Below the pieces are notes generated by a model that worked only from the letters and a program-made list of their open reading frames with translations, was not told where the DNA came from and did not search any database. From positions 1 to 16,602 of the IMG/VR virus record IMGVR_UViG_3300045988_140091: a stretch of 16,602 nt of DNA, one strand, 5' to 3'. The position numbers were made by a program, and so were the translations under genes. This document shows positions 1 through 8,036 of the stretch, in pieces. Position 1 is the first letter of the stretch, and each line of letters opens with the position of its first letter. The stretch is from a virus.

Positions 1-488
1 TTCATCTCCTTCTCAGAAGGTAATACATTCCCATCTTCATCTGTTATGAAGTACTGCAATTCCGATAATGTTCTAATAGTGCCATCTTCTTTATATTTAA
101 GTCCATAAAAGAAATCTCCCAATCCTCCATATAAAGTAATATTATAAGTAATAACTGCTTGCTTTATAGAGATGCTATTTAACTGCATATATCCTGATTC
201 AACTAAATATCCATTATTATAAATTCCAAAATCAACTCTTTTTGAAGGATCAAAATATACTCCAGAGAAATTACCTTCTTTTATATGGAGAAATCTATCT
301 AACTTATAAATCTCTCCAAAAATCTTATTATTATTCTTTGTGCTAGGTATAGAAATCGTTTTACTAAACGAGTTCTTGACTATAGTGGGGTTTTGGAAAT
401 CCTCAACAGTATATGTCATAGGAAGACTAATTCCCTCACTACAGTCAACCTCTTTATTTGCAATAAATAATTTAATATTCTTTCTCAT
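1..488 (-). CDS. virion structural protein (tail/baseplate-type by position), N-terminal 162 codons; 3' end runs off the left window edge
   Basis: ATG at 488-486, 2 nt after the TAA (491-493) of the upstream gene. Hand translation MRKNIKLFIANKEVDCSEGISLPMTYTVEDFQNPTIVKNSFSKTISIPSTKNNNKIFGEIYKLDRFLHIKEG... stays open to position 1. Absent from the ORF track because no stop lies in the window. Function inferred from position only. Confidence 0.6.
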   Translation of the reverse strand, partial: MRKNIKLFIANKEVDCSEGISLPMTYTVEDFQNPTIVKNSFSKTISIPSTKNNNKIFGEIYKLDRFLHIKEGNFSGVYFDPSKRVDFGIYNNGYLVESGYMQLNSISIKQAVITYNITLYGGLGDFFYGLKYKEDGTIRTLSELQYFITDEDGNVLPSEKEM

Positions 489-490
489 AA

Positions 491-2671
491 TTATTTACGA
501 TAAGTATCTTGAGAAGCTTCCACATTAATTGTATAATAGAACTTGTTTTTACCTTGATTAGTATAAGTTTTATATTCGCAATTTGTATCAGTAATCAATA
601 CTGGAGTGATAGTATTATCTTTAAGATTATGCAAATATACTTTGGTACTCTCAATTAGATTAAACATCTTAGAAGCTTGAATATCATTTAAATAACCAGT
701 ATAAAGAATCCAGCTTGAAGTTATAGTATTCAAATACTTATTTCTTGCAAACTCTTGTGATGTATTTAATACCTTGCGAGTATATGTTTCAGATTTAATC
801 TCATCATTCTTTTTAACATTACCCTCAACAAGTAATGAATCTCATCCACCTGCTGAATTAGTATAATATAACACATAATCTTTACCTGTAGTATCTATAT
901 CATATCTAATCTGTCTATCACTAATATTTCCGTCTTCTACAAATCCTACTATTAAATAGCTTCCACAAGGCCATAATTTATTACTTAAATCTTCTGTATA
1001 TGTATATCCATTAATTCCAGAATTTAAACTAATATCCATAGCAGTTGATGTTCCATCTACATAAAAAAATCTATTAACAACTCCAGTTCCAGTTGGTAAA
1101 ATTCAACTTGCTACTAAATATTGTCTTGGATCAACTAAACCAGTAATAGGATCACTTAACATAGTACCTTTAGTCAAATCTCTATCTTTATAACTCCAAT
1201 CATTGAAAAAAGTAATTGGTTTCTCATTTCCAGATGATGTTATCAAAGTAAATGGTTTCAAATATTCTGGAGATACTATTGTTTTTGAAGTATTAAATAT
1301 AATCCCATTAGATAGATAATTTTCAGCAACATTATTTAATAAAAACTCTACTCTATCAGTTTCTGGATATTTATAAGCCTTGCCAGCATAAACCATATCT
1401 CCTGCATAATCTAGATGATATTCAATAAAATCTGAACTGATTATCTCATTCCAAACATAATCTTTTCAAATTGGAGATATATCAGATTTAACTGATTGGA
1501 TAATATTAATAGATAAATTAATAATACTTGAACTATTCTTTATAACAGATACTCCAATGGTTGCTTTTCTTGAAGATAATCCTGAATTTTCTGCAATGTT
1601 CAAACTAATAGTTGCTACACCTTGAGAATTTACAGTTATCTTCTGTCCACTAATCCAACCTACAGGAATGCTAAATACAACATCATCTAAGTTATTAGAA
1701 CCTGTTCCCATAATATTTAATGTAGATGCAGTCCAACTTACTTCATAATTAGTATTAGGAATCACTAAATACGTTGCAGCTTGTTTAATTGGAACTGTAG
1801 CTTCAAGAGTATATCCTCCAGAAGTTGTTGCAGTAACCATTGCACTAAACTCCAAATTATTAGTAGTTTTATTCTCTGGAACAGTTAATACAAAGTAGTT
1901 ATCAATAATATCCTTTTTAATATTACTAGCTTGAGGACAGGTAACATTAAATGATGTAATAGTTTCTTCTGTTTTAGTTGTACTTAAATGAAATTCTTCA
2001 GTAACAAAAGCTGCTGCTCCATAAGTTCCAGAAGAAGGAGTTACTACCAATTTTAAATCTTCAGGAGTATTACTCTTTTCAATCTTAAAGCCATAACTAT
2101 AACTAATAAATTTATTAGTATCATAATAAGCCCCTAATTGGATAGTTGCAGTTAAATCAGTATTTCATTGAGTATTAGCTCTTACTGTAACTTTAAACTT
2201 AATAGAGCAAGAATCTCAATCCAGAACTTCCATATTAACTAAAGCTGTAGCATTAACAACTGCTGCATCTCATTTAATAATATCTGATCTATTTAATATA
2301 TACTCTACTGTATATTCTCCACCAGTATTTGGTACTTTAATGGTTCCATTAGCAGGATAATATCCAGGAGCTTTACTATGTAAATTAATTGGTAAATCTT
2401 CCCCTAATAAAGCAGTAGTAATGCCTCTAGGATAAAAATGAAATACAGTAGAAGAATCAGTAGTTATTGTTGTAGGAGATAAAAATTGTATTGTACATCC
2501 TTCTCTACTTGGATCCTGTATAGTTACATTTAAAGGCCCTTCTTCAGTATAATCATCTCCCCAAGTCCAATAATCATATTCTCCAGTAATTCCCCATCCA
2601 GGATTATTCCATTTAACAGGAAAACTCCTTGATGCATTATATATTCCTAATTTACTTGGTATAAATGCCAT
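491..2671 (-). CDS. large virion structural protein, 726 codons when TGA=Trp (tail fibre/spike-like; central Ig/BACON-like segments are a guess)
   Basis: Track fragments 2270..2671, 1466..2050, 1103..1396, 842..1039 and 491..733, plus unlisted 2051..2269, share one frame (2269-2050=219, 1465-1396=69, 1102-1039=63, 841-733=108). They are separated only by TGA (tca on + at 2270, 2216, 2165, 1466, 1103, 842). The first TAA in frame is 491-493. The 'M' at 2050 and 733 in the track are internal TTG codons. ATG at 2671 lies 2 nt after the upstream stop. Confidence 0.85.
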
Positions 2672-2673
2672 TT

Positions 2674-3162
2674 TTAAAAGTTTTTAAATAAATAATAATC
2701 TACTTGTCCTTGTAAGTCTTTAGTTATAGCATCATCAAGAAGTTCCATATAGTTGTTCTCTATATATTCTATAGTATTAGCAAGTGGATGTTTTCCTTGA
2801 GTTCCTTGAAGATGTATCTTTCTTCCAATTAAATATGCAAGTTGATCTACAGTAGGTAACTTGCCATTATAAGGTCTTGGAATTACTGGCTTAGTTTTAA
2901 TCCAACTCTTTATATCAGATAATGGAGGAAATTTACCAGCAGCTCTGCCTTCTTCAACATATTCTCAATAATCTAATAAGCTAAAATTAACCTCATATTC
3001 TCCATCCTGAGTCTCAACTATATAGTTTAAACTATTACCTAATGCTCCAGTGTCATCAGATCTGGTTTTAACTAATTCCTGTCTATAAAGAGAAATTATA
3101 AGATCTCCTCACTTCCTTAATAGCTCACTTAAATTTGAGAACTTTAATTCTTGAATATTCAT
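2674..3162 (-). CDS. HK97 gp10-like tail-completion/neck protein (162 aa, two in-frame TGA)
   Basis: ATG 3162-3160, TAA 2674-2676, 489 nt. In-frame TGA at 3109-3111 and 2965-2967. Hand translation MNIQELKFSNLSELLRK[W]GDLIISLYRQELVKTRSDDTGALGNSL...NFSLLDY[W]EYVEEGRAAGKFPPLSDIKSWIK...; the D-Y-aromatic-x-Y-V-E-x-G block resembles the gp10-family signature (recalled motif, not searched). Missing from the ORF track because of the TGAs. Confidence 0.7.
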
Positions 3163-3202
3163 TTTTGTTAAAATATATTATTTTATATATTAGTAGCTAA
3201 TG

Positions 3203-3229
3203 AAAATAGGGAGGTTTACTCCCTATTTT
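3203..3229 (-). terminator. intrinsic terminator-like hairpin (11-bp stem, 5-nt loop, A/T runs on both sides, so possibly bidirectional)
   Basis: aaaatagggag-gttta-ctccctatttt: 3203-3213 pairs with 3219-3229. Lies between the gene ending at 3284/3427 and the ATG at 3162. Confidence 0.6.
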
Positions 3230-3284
3230 ATATGTAACTTTTTTATATTATCTTAGTACCAAATATGAGTAAAAAGGTTACAGT
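3225..3284 (-). repeat. copy B of a ~60-nt intergenic hairpin element (minus orientation)
   Basis: The reverse complement reads actgtaacctttttactcatatttggtactaagataatataaaaaagttacatataaaat. By hand alignment about 52 of 60 positions match copy A (8037-8096). Arms gtaaccttttt / aaaaaagttac (one mismatch) flank a 26-nt loop. Confidence 0.7.
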
Positions 3285-3601
3285 TAATGTTTTCTTTTTC
3301 ATTCTTCAATCTGTCTATTTTCTTCATTAGCTTTATCTATAACATAGCATATAAGATTCAGGAACTCTTTAATCTGCATATCATATATCTGATGTCAATT
3401 AAATCTGGTAACTTCACTTACCTTATCTATTCAGATAATTCAGCTTCATTTTTGAGTAAAAGGATTAATCGTCTCGTCTGTATTAAGCTCTTCAGAAGTT
3501 TCCTCCTTTCCAGTTTGTCCTTGGTTTTCCTTAGTCTCTTCTTCATCTCCCTTTCCGAAGAGTGTAGGGTACTCAGCGTTGATACTTGCAATAAGTTTAC
3601 A
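3284..3601 (-). CDS. -1-frame extension ORF (105 codons, five TGA=Trp), candidate C-terminal part of a frameshift product of the 3427..4068 gene
   Basis: From TGT at 3601-3599 the -1 frame reads CKLIASINAEYPTLFGKGDEEETKENQGQTGKEETSEELNTDETINPFTQK[W]S[W]II[W]IDKVSEVTRFN[W]HQIYDMQIKEFLNLICYVIDKANEENRQIEE[W]KRKH, ending at TAA 3284-3286. There is no TAA or TAG in 105 codons. The first ATG in this frame is only at 3379. Confidence 0.45.
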
Positions 3602-4068
3602 AAAAAAAACATTATGTCTGAAAATATATCTATTGTTAGATGAGTATTTAAGAATTCTGCCTCATCAATAGGGTCATAATCTTCTCCATACTTCTTTCCA
3701 TTAGGTAGCAAGAAACAAGCTGCTAGATTAGGCATAAAATCATCATACTGCTTATAAAAATTCTGAAAGTCAATATATTGACTGGCCGTCATCTTATTAA
3801 CATTAAAAAAGACTTTATATTCCTTATTACCAATATTATAAGTAGTTTCTGGGGTTTTTGGCTTATATGGAGTCTCTATAAATTTAAGATTATTTATAAA
3901 CTCTTGTAGCTTGTTTACTTCCATATTAGTTATATCTTCTATAGGTATATCACTAAGTACAGATACCATAGCTAAATTCATATCTAATTCATTTTCCCAG
4001 TCTTTTCGTATTATCTCAAACAGTCTTTTATAATGAGATAAATCCATTTCATTCCAATTCTTTATCAT
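3427..4068 (-). CDS. hypothetical protein downstream of terL (zero-frame product, 213 aa); contains a T9 slippery run
   Basis: ORF track entry. The ATG at 4068 overlaps the terL stop (TAATG). TAG stop at 3427-3429. The last 57 residues after FFF (VNLLQVSTLSTLHSSEREMKKRLRKTKDKLERRK...) are low complexity and may not be the main product. Confidence 0.65.
   Translation of the reverse strand: MIKNWNEMDLSHYKRLFEIIRKDWENELDMNLAMVSVLSDIPIEDITNMEVNKLQEFINNLKFIETPYKPKTPETTYNIGNKEYKVFFNVNKMTASQYIDFQNFYKQYDDFMPNLAACFLLPNGKKYGEDYDPIDEAEFLNTHLTIDIFSDIMFFFVNLLQVSTLSTLHSSEREMKKRLRKTKDKLERRKLLKSLIQTRRLILLLKNEAELSE
3601..3609 (-). other. homopolymeric slippery run (T9 on the coding strand), candidate -1 frameshift or slippage site
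   Basis: a9 on the + strand at 3601-3609. The coding strand reads ATG TTT TTT TTT GTA (residues M-F-F-F-V of the 213-aa ORF), a U_UUU_UUU pattern. Confidence 0.45.
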
Positions 4069-5315
4069 TATTTAATTGCAATATTATAAGTTCCTTTATT
4101 TGTATTTAAAGCATCATAAGCTAACATTAAAGATATACAAGTATCATCATTAAATCCAGATGGAGCATTATATGATACATTTCCAGTCTTTGGATTATAA
4201 CTGGCTTCATATAGTCTTAATTCATTTAATAGTTTATCATCCTTTAAAATACCAATCTTTTCGTTTTCTAATGCAGCTTGTAGCTTATTTACAATAGCTG
4301 CCTTAGACTTATTAGTAGTTAAAAACTTAACTATCCGTAATTTAGGATTCCTTTTTACAAGAATATCATAAAACACTGAACCTATTGAGTTTTGTTCGAC
4401 TTGAACTATCTTTATAAATCCCTGATACTCAGTAAATATATTTGTCAGTAAATCAACTTGTTCTGTTGGAGTTTTGTCGTTAAAATACTTTATAAAGACC
4501 ATCTGCCCATTTTCATTTAAAGCTGTAATACAAGTATAGTCTTTACCAGAACCAGTAGCCCAGTCAACTCCAATATAGAGATTATGATATTCAGGTTTTT
4601 TATCAATTATACAGTTAGCTATATTATTAAATAGGCAACCATCATCATCTGCAAACTCTCCAAGATATTCAGTTCTAAATTTATTTTTGGAGGTTGTAAG
4701 GCGATACATTTCAAGTTTATCCTCACTTAACAGCATAGAAGTATCTTCTAATGCTCAATCAAAGGATTGATAATATTTACTAAAATTACCATCAAAGCCT
4801 TTTTTAAAGCATTCATAAAAGAATCCTTCTCTAAACCTTGGAGTACTAATTATAAGTATTGGAGCATTCCATACATCAGCGATAGGTGTTAAAATTTCGT
4901 ATACTTCATCTGATATATAAGCTGCTTCGTCAATTACTAATATTCCACTAACTGTAAATCCTCGTAATGAATCTTTTTGCTCAGCAGATTTAAATAGTAT
5001 TTCACTCCCATTAGTAAATTCAATCTCAAGCAAAGATTCATTCTTTTTCTTAATAATATCTGTGCCATCTAATGCCTTTACTAACTCTTTAAATATCTTT
5101 CTGGAGTTAGTAAGAGTTGGTTCAACAATACAGCTAATACTTCCAGGATAGTTAATTGAAAATCGTAATAGTTCATTTTCTGCCATAAAGGATTTACCAC
5201 ATTGTCTCTTTGCTTTTACAGTAAATATTTTTCCAGACCTATAAGAGTGCTCTAAAGCAGTATGTACCTTTAATTGATAGATAAATGGGCTATATCCTTT
5301 ATATATTTTTGTCAT
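4068..5315 (-). CDS. terL: terminase large subunit (about 415 aa, one in-frame TGA at 4755-4757)
   Basis: Track fragments 4755..5351 and 4068..4736 share a frame (5351-4736=615) and are joined through F-D-[TGA]-A-L-E-D-T-S. Walker A KAKRQCGKSF, Walker B ILVIDEAAY, nuclease-half acidic motifs IGVDWATGSG and FNDDTCISL. Start taken as ATG 5315 (MTKIYKGYSPFIYQ..., 17-nt overlap with terS); ATG 5351 is an alternative. Confidence 0.9.
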
Positions 5316-5742
5316 TGTTAATTGGATCTCCAAATTTAAACTGGACTTCATTATTCTGAATAGCTACAATAGTCTCAGGTTGATTTAATCCAAACATACT
5401 ATTTATAGTCTTAATAATCTCATTTGCAGCTCTAATATCTCCCTTACTAATAGCAGTATCCAGTAATGATTCCAATCTTGATAATTGTATATGTCTAAGA
5501 TTTTTTATAAGGTTATCATTCTTTTCAGCAATTATCTTATAAGCTTCTCCAATATATCTTGCAGCCGTTGATTGGCTTACATTATATTTACTTTGAAGTT
5601 CTTCACTTACTTTATTCCTTGACCATCCTTTGTTAAATAACCTTGCAGCATAAAGATATTTAGTCTTTACTTCGTCTATTTGTTCCTTTTCTACCTCTGC
5701 CTTTTTCGGTCTCCCTACTTTCTTCTTTATTTGCTCCTTCAT
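5299..5742 (-). CDS. terS: terminase small subunit-like HTH protein (147 aa)
   Basis: Sits immediately upstream of and overlaps terL. N-terminal MKEQIKKKVGRPKK followed by an HTH-like stretch WSRNKVSEELQSKYNVSQSTAARYI. The first 'M' in the track (5748) is TTG; ATG at 5742. Confidence 0.65.
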   Translation of the reverse strand: MKEQIKKKVGRPKKAEVEKEQIDEVKTKYLYAARLFNKGWSRNKVSEELQSKYNVSQSTAARYIGEAYKIIAEKNDNLIKNLRHIQLSRLESLLDTAISKGDIRAANEIIKTINSMFGLNQPETIVAIQNNEVQFKFGDPINNDKNI

Positions 5743-5992
5743 CCTCAATAGTTTTTAGTTTTTCAACATATTCAAAGTAGTAAACTCCAAGTCTCTTTAT
5801 AAGGTTAAGAACACAAGTTCCGCAGTTTATATTCATTTTATATGGCTGCTCTATTAGTTCCTCATAAATAGCTCTCATTCTTTCAGTATCTTCCTTTTGG
5901 ATATTACGACAATAGTTAGCTCTAACAGCACATTTAAACCTATTATCGAATTTACTTAAATATTCATACTGTTCTTTTGTTAATTCTTTCAT
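5660..5992 (-). CDS. hypothetical protein (110 aa); last ~27 codons overlap terS in another frame
   Basis: ORF track entry. ATG at 5992 lies 22 nt after the upstream stop. The C-terminal tail DEGANKEESRETEKGRGRKGTNRRSKD looks like an out-of-frame reading of the terS start. Confidence 0.5.
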   Translation of the reverse strand: MKELTKEQYEYLSKFDNRFKCAVRANYCRNIQKEDTERMRAIYEELIEQPYKMNINCGTCVLNLIKRLGVYYFEYVEKLKTIEDEGANKEESRETEKGRGRKGTNRRSKD

Positions 5993-6014
5993 TTTTATTT
6001 AAAATATATTATTT

Positions 6015-6341
6015 TTAATCCAAGTATTTATAAACTATATCTATTAGTTTGGTAATCATATCTTTAATTAGAATCATACAATCCTTTATAACTGGAGTCA
6101 TAAATGCGATTAAAGCAATATATGCAATCATTAAGAAGCTTAATTGTCCAGTTACTAAGATATATAGTAAACTTGCCCACCAAGTACAGCATAGAGAACA
6201 TCCAAATAAAGGTATAGACCAATCAGTGTATTTAACTCCAGGATATAGTTTACTTCATACCCATCTATTTGCCTTGTCCATAGCTCCAGATAAATCAATA
6301 CAGAAGACAAGAATAATAGCTATAAAAAGTATGCTTAACAT
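6015..6341 (-). CDS. small integral membrane protein (108 aa, one in-frame TGA at 6255-6257)
   Basis: Hand translation MLSILFIAIILVFCIDLSGAMDKANRWV[W]SKLYPGVKYTDWSIPLFGCSLCCTWWASLLYILVTGQLSFLMIAYIALIAFMTPVIKDCMILIKDMITKLIDIVYKYLD, TAA at 6015-6017. Three hydrophobic stretches. The start overlaps the upstream stop (ATGTTAA). It replaces the antisense + ORF 6049..6363. Confidence 0.65.
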
Positions 6342-6580
6342 AACCTCTCTCTTATTTGTTTAATAAATCTCTGAATAGTCGTATGACTAATTCCCAGAAT
6401 CTTCCCAACTTCTCTATAACTTCGATATTCAGCATATAAGATAATTATGGTCTTATCTGCTCTATTTAATGCCTCTCATTTCGGATAAATTGCAAGTAAT
6501 CTATCATCCATCTCTGTAAAGGTATCTATTTCAAAGTTATACTCAATTAATAAATCATCAATATTAATCTTCTGCTTCAT
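6335..6580 (-). CDS. HTH protein resembling sigma-70 region 4 / LuxR-type HTH (81 aa, one in-frame TGA at 6476-6478)
   Basis: Hand translation MKQKINIDDLLIEYNFEIDTFTEMDDRLLAIYPK[W]EALNRADKTIIILYAEYRSYREVGKILGISHTTIQRFIKQIRERLC. The pattern L-x-x-x-(D/E)-(K/R)-x-I-x-x-L-Y ... S-Y-x-E-(V/I)-G-x-x-L-G-I-S-x-x-T-(V/I) is typical of sigma region 4.2. Confidence 0.55.
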
Positions 6581-6872
6581 TTAACCAATCCTCTAAATTA
6601 TCCGTTTGTTGTTCTAATGGCTCTTTAAATATTTCATAGTACTTTTTATATTGGTAATAGTATCTACTATTCTTAGAAAACCAATTATTCTTAAATACTC
6701 TTGTAATCCAATACTTCAGCTCATTCTTACTATCTAATGACTGAAGCTTGGAATTAGATGTTTCCAGAAGTGCAATTAAACACATCTGGAAACAATCGTC
6801 ATCCATCCCAAATTTAACCTTTAGTTCTAAGCAGAATTCATAATATTTGGTAAGTATTTCATTATTCGTCAT
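6564..6872 (-). CDS. hypothetical protein with weak sigma-70 region-2-like motifs (102 aa)
   Basis: ORF track entry. DDDCFQMCLIALLE ... ELKYWITRVFKNNWF resembles D-x-x-Q-x-x-(F/L) and W-(L/I)-x-x-(I/V)-x-x-N of region 2 (weak, by eye). Overlaps the downstream HTH ORF by 17 nt in a different frame. Confidence 0.35.
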   Translation of the reverse strand: MTNNEILTKYYEFCLELKVKFGMDDDCFQMCLIALLETSNSKLQSLDSKNELKYWITRVFKNNWFSKNSRYYYQYKKYYEIFKEPLEQQTDNLEDWLNEAED

Positions 6873-7296
6873 TTCTTATATAATTACTAAAAGTTGTGTC
6901 TATTTCTAATTTAATTGCTTTCTTTAAAGATAACTCTGTTTTTAAAGAGTATTTATATTCTCCTCCAAAATCAGTTGTACTTCTTCCATATTTCATTGAA
7001 TCTTTAATAAAAGCTCTTTTTACATCTTTATAAATATAAACTCCATCCTCAAATATAATGACTAATATAGAGTTACATTTACTAAGTATATCAAACTTAT
7101 CCCTGTTTATAATTGTAGTTGGATATTTATCTGATTTAAATCTTCTCCTTTTAACTTCAATTATATAATCTATATTATTCCAAGTAAATGTTCCATCATA
7201 TCTGGAATAATCGTCTTTACATCATTCTATTTCTATATTATATTTATCTTTAAATAGATTCTTTATAAAGACTAAACTTCTTATATCTGTTTTCAT
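6862..7296 (-). CDS. putative PD-(D/E)XK-type nuclease (144 aa, one in-frame TGA at 7222-7224)
   Basis: Hand translation MKTDIRSLVFIKNLFKDKYNIEIE[W]CKDDYSRYDGTFTWNNIDYIIEVKRRRFKSDKYPTTIINRDKFDILSKCNSILVIIFEDGVYIYKDV... ending at TAA 6862-6864. D ... E-V-K arrangement (YDG ... IIEVKRR). The ATG overlaps the upstream TAA (TAATG). Confidence 0.45.
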
Positions 7297-7526
7297 TATC
7301 TTACATTATGAATTTTTAAGGTTACATCACAATACTGTTCATATAATTCAGAACTTCCAGGATTATGCCACATTACAGAGTCTAATTTATGCTGAAGTTC
7401 TGCCTGTTCTAATCTAAGCTCAAATGTTTTAGTTTGGTAGTCTCCATAAGCATTATATACTCTAATACCAGCTATAATAAAGCTAAGTACTAATAATCCA
7501 GCTAATATTTTATTTATCTTTTTCAT
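7296..7526 (-). CDS. small single-pass membrane protein (76 aa)
   Basis: ATG at 7526 (MKKINKILAGLLVLSFIIAGIRVYNAY...). The track start at 7568 is a TTG. TAA at 7296-7298. Confidence 0.6.
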   Translation of the reverse strand: MKKINKILAGLLVLSFIIAGIRVYNAYGDYQTKTFELRLEQAELQHKLDSVMWHNPGSSELYEQYCDVTLKIHNVR

Positions 7527-7537
7527 AATTAAATATA

Positions 7538-7717
7538 TTAGAAAGAAATACCTAAACCAAAAAACCAAGAGGATTTCTTTACCTTTTCATTGGTTTCAAT
7601 CTCCTTTAATGCCTCATTACATAATTCTTGAGCTTTCTCAATAGAACCATCTTCAGTAATCTTACCATCTAATATATCAAGAAAATATTCAAGTGCTTCA
7701 ATTTGTTTAGTTTTCAT
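7538..7717 (-). CDS. small hypothetical protein (59 aa), first gene of the leftward unit
   Basis: Hand translation MKTKQIEALEYFLDILDGKITEDGSIEKAQELCNEALKEIETNEKVKKSSWFFGLGISF, TAA at 7538-7540. About 40 nt downstream of the leftward promoter. Confidence 0.55.
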   Translation of the reverse strand: MKTKQIEALEYFLDILDGKITEDGSIEKAQELCNEALKEIETNEKVKKSSWFFGLGISF

Positions 7718-7763
7718 AATTTATAAAGTTTAATTGTTAATATTATGTCTTACTTTCATAGTA

Positions 7764-7795
7764 CAAATATACAACAAAAAATTCATATTTCCAAA
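7764..7795 (-). promoter_or_regulatory. leftward Bacteroidota-type promoter (-33 TTTG, 20-nt spacer, -7 TATATTTG)
   Basis: Minus strand: TTTG (7795-7792), 20 nt, TATATTTG (7771-7764). Matches the Bacteroides TTTG / TAnnTTTG consensus. Embedded in the 20-bp repeat TTGTTGTATATTTGTACTAT (7777-7758). Confidence 0.6.
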
Positions 7796-7852
7796 TATTT
7801 TATGCATTTTTTCAAAAAAATATTACTATTTGTATTTTTTAGTGCTAAAAAT

Positions 7853-7883
7853 TTTGTAGATTAAAAAATTATTCTTATATTTG
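7853..7883 (+). promoter_or_regulatory. rightward Bacteroidota-type promoter (upstream copy)
   Basis: TTTG 7853-7856, 19-nt spacer, TATATTTG 7876-7883. Confidence 0.5.
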
Positions 7884-7932
7884 TAGTGTGATAATAAAAA
7901 TACAATTTTAAATAAAAATAATGCTTAAATTA

Positions 7933-7964
7933 TTTGGAGATTGAGAAAAATTGTTGTATATTTG
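7933..7964 (+). promoter_or_regulatory. rightward Bacteroidota-type promoter (downstream copy)
   Basis: TTTG 7933-7936, 20-nt spacer, TATATTTG 7957-7964. Embedded in TTGTTGTATATTTGTACTAT (7951-7970), the exact inverted copy of 7758-7777. Confidence 0.6.
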
Positions 7965-8036
7965 TACTATCAAACTAAAACTACTTCCATATTGAAAATT
8001 GAGCTGGGATTAATTTCCAGTTTAATTTTAACCTTT

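Noticed and set aside
340-528. 62-aa plus-strand ORF from the track
   Set aside because: It is antisense to the partial structural gene 1-488 and spans a gene junction. It has no independent support.
3287-3643. 118-aa plus-strand ORF from the track
   Set aside because: It is antisense to the minus-strand coding frames (the 213-aa gene and its -1 extension). It translates to low-complexity F/L/S/I-rich sequence typical of shadow ORFs.
5700-5708. A AAA AAG-like heptamer (GAAAAAG) near the terS start as a -1 frameshift site linking the 110-aa ORF to terS
   Set aside because: Moving from the upstream ORF frame into the terS frame needs a +1 (or -2) shift, not -1, so this heptamer cannot explain a fusion.
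6049-6363. 104-aa plus-strand ORF from the track
   Set aside because: It is antisense to a better minus-strand model (the 108-aa membrane protein, 6015-6341). That model fits the operon packing, with start and stop overlaps to its neighbours.
7921-8013. 30-codon ORF (MLKLFGD[W]EKLLYICTIKLKLLPY[W]KLSWD) in the promoter region
   Set aside because: It overlaps the rightward promoter boxes and lies in the presumed 5' leader. There is no coding signature and it needs two TGA read-throughs. It is most likely chance.
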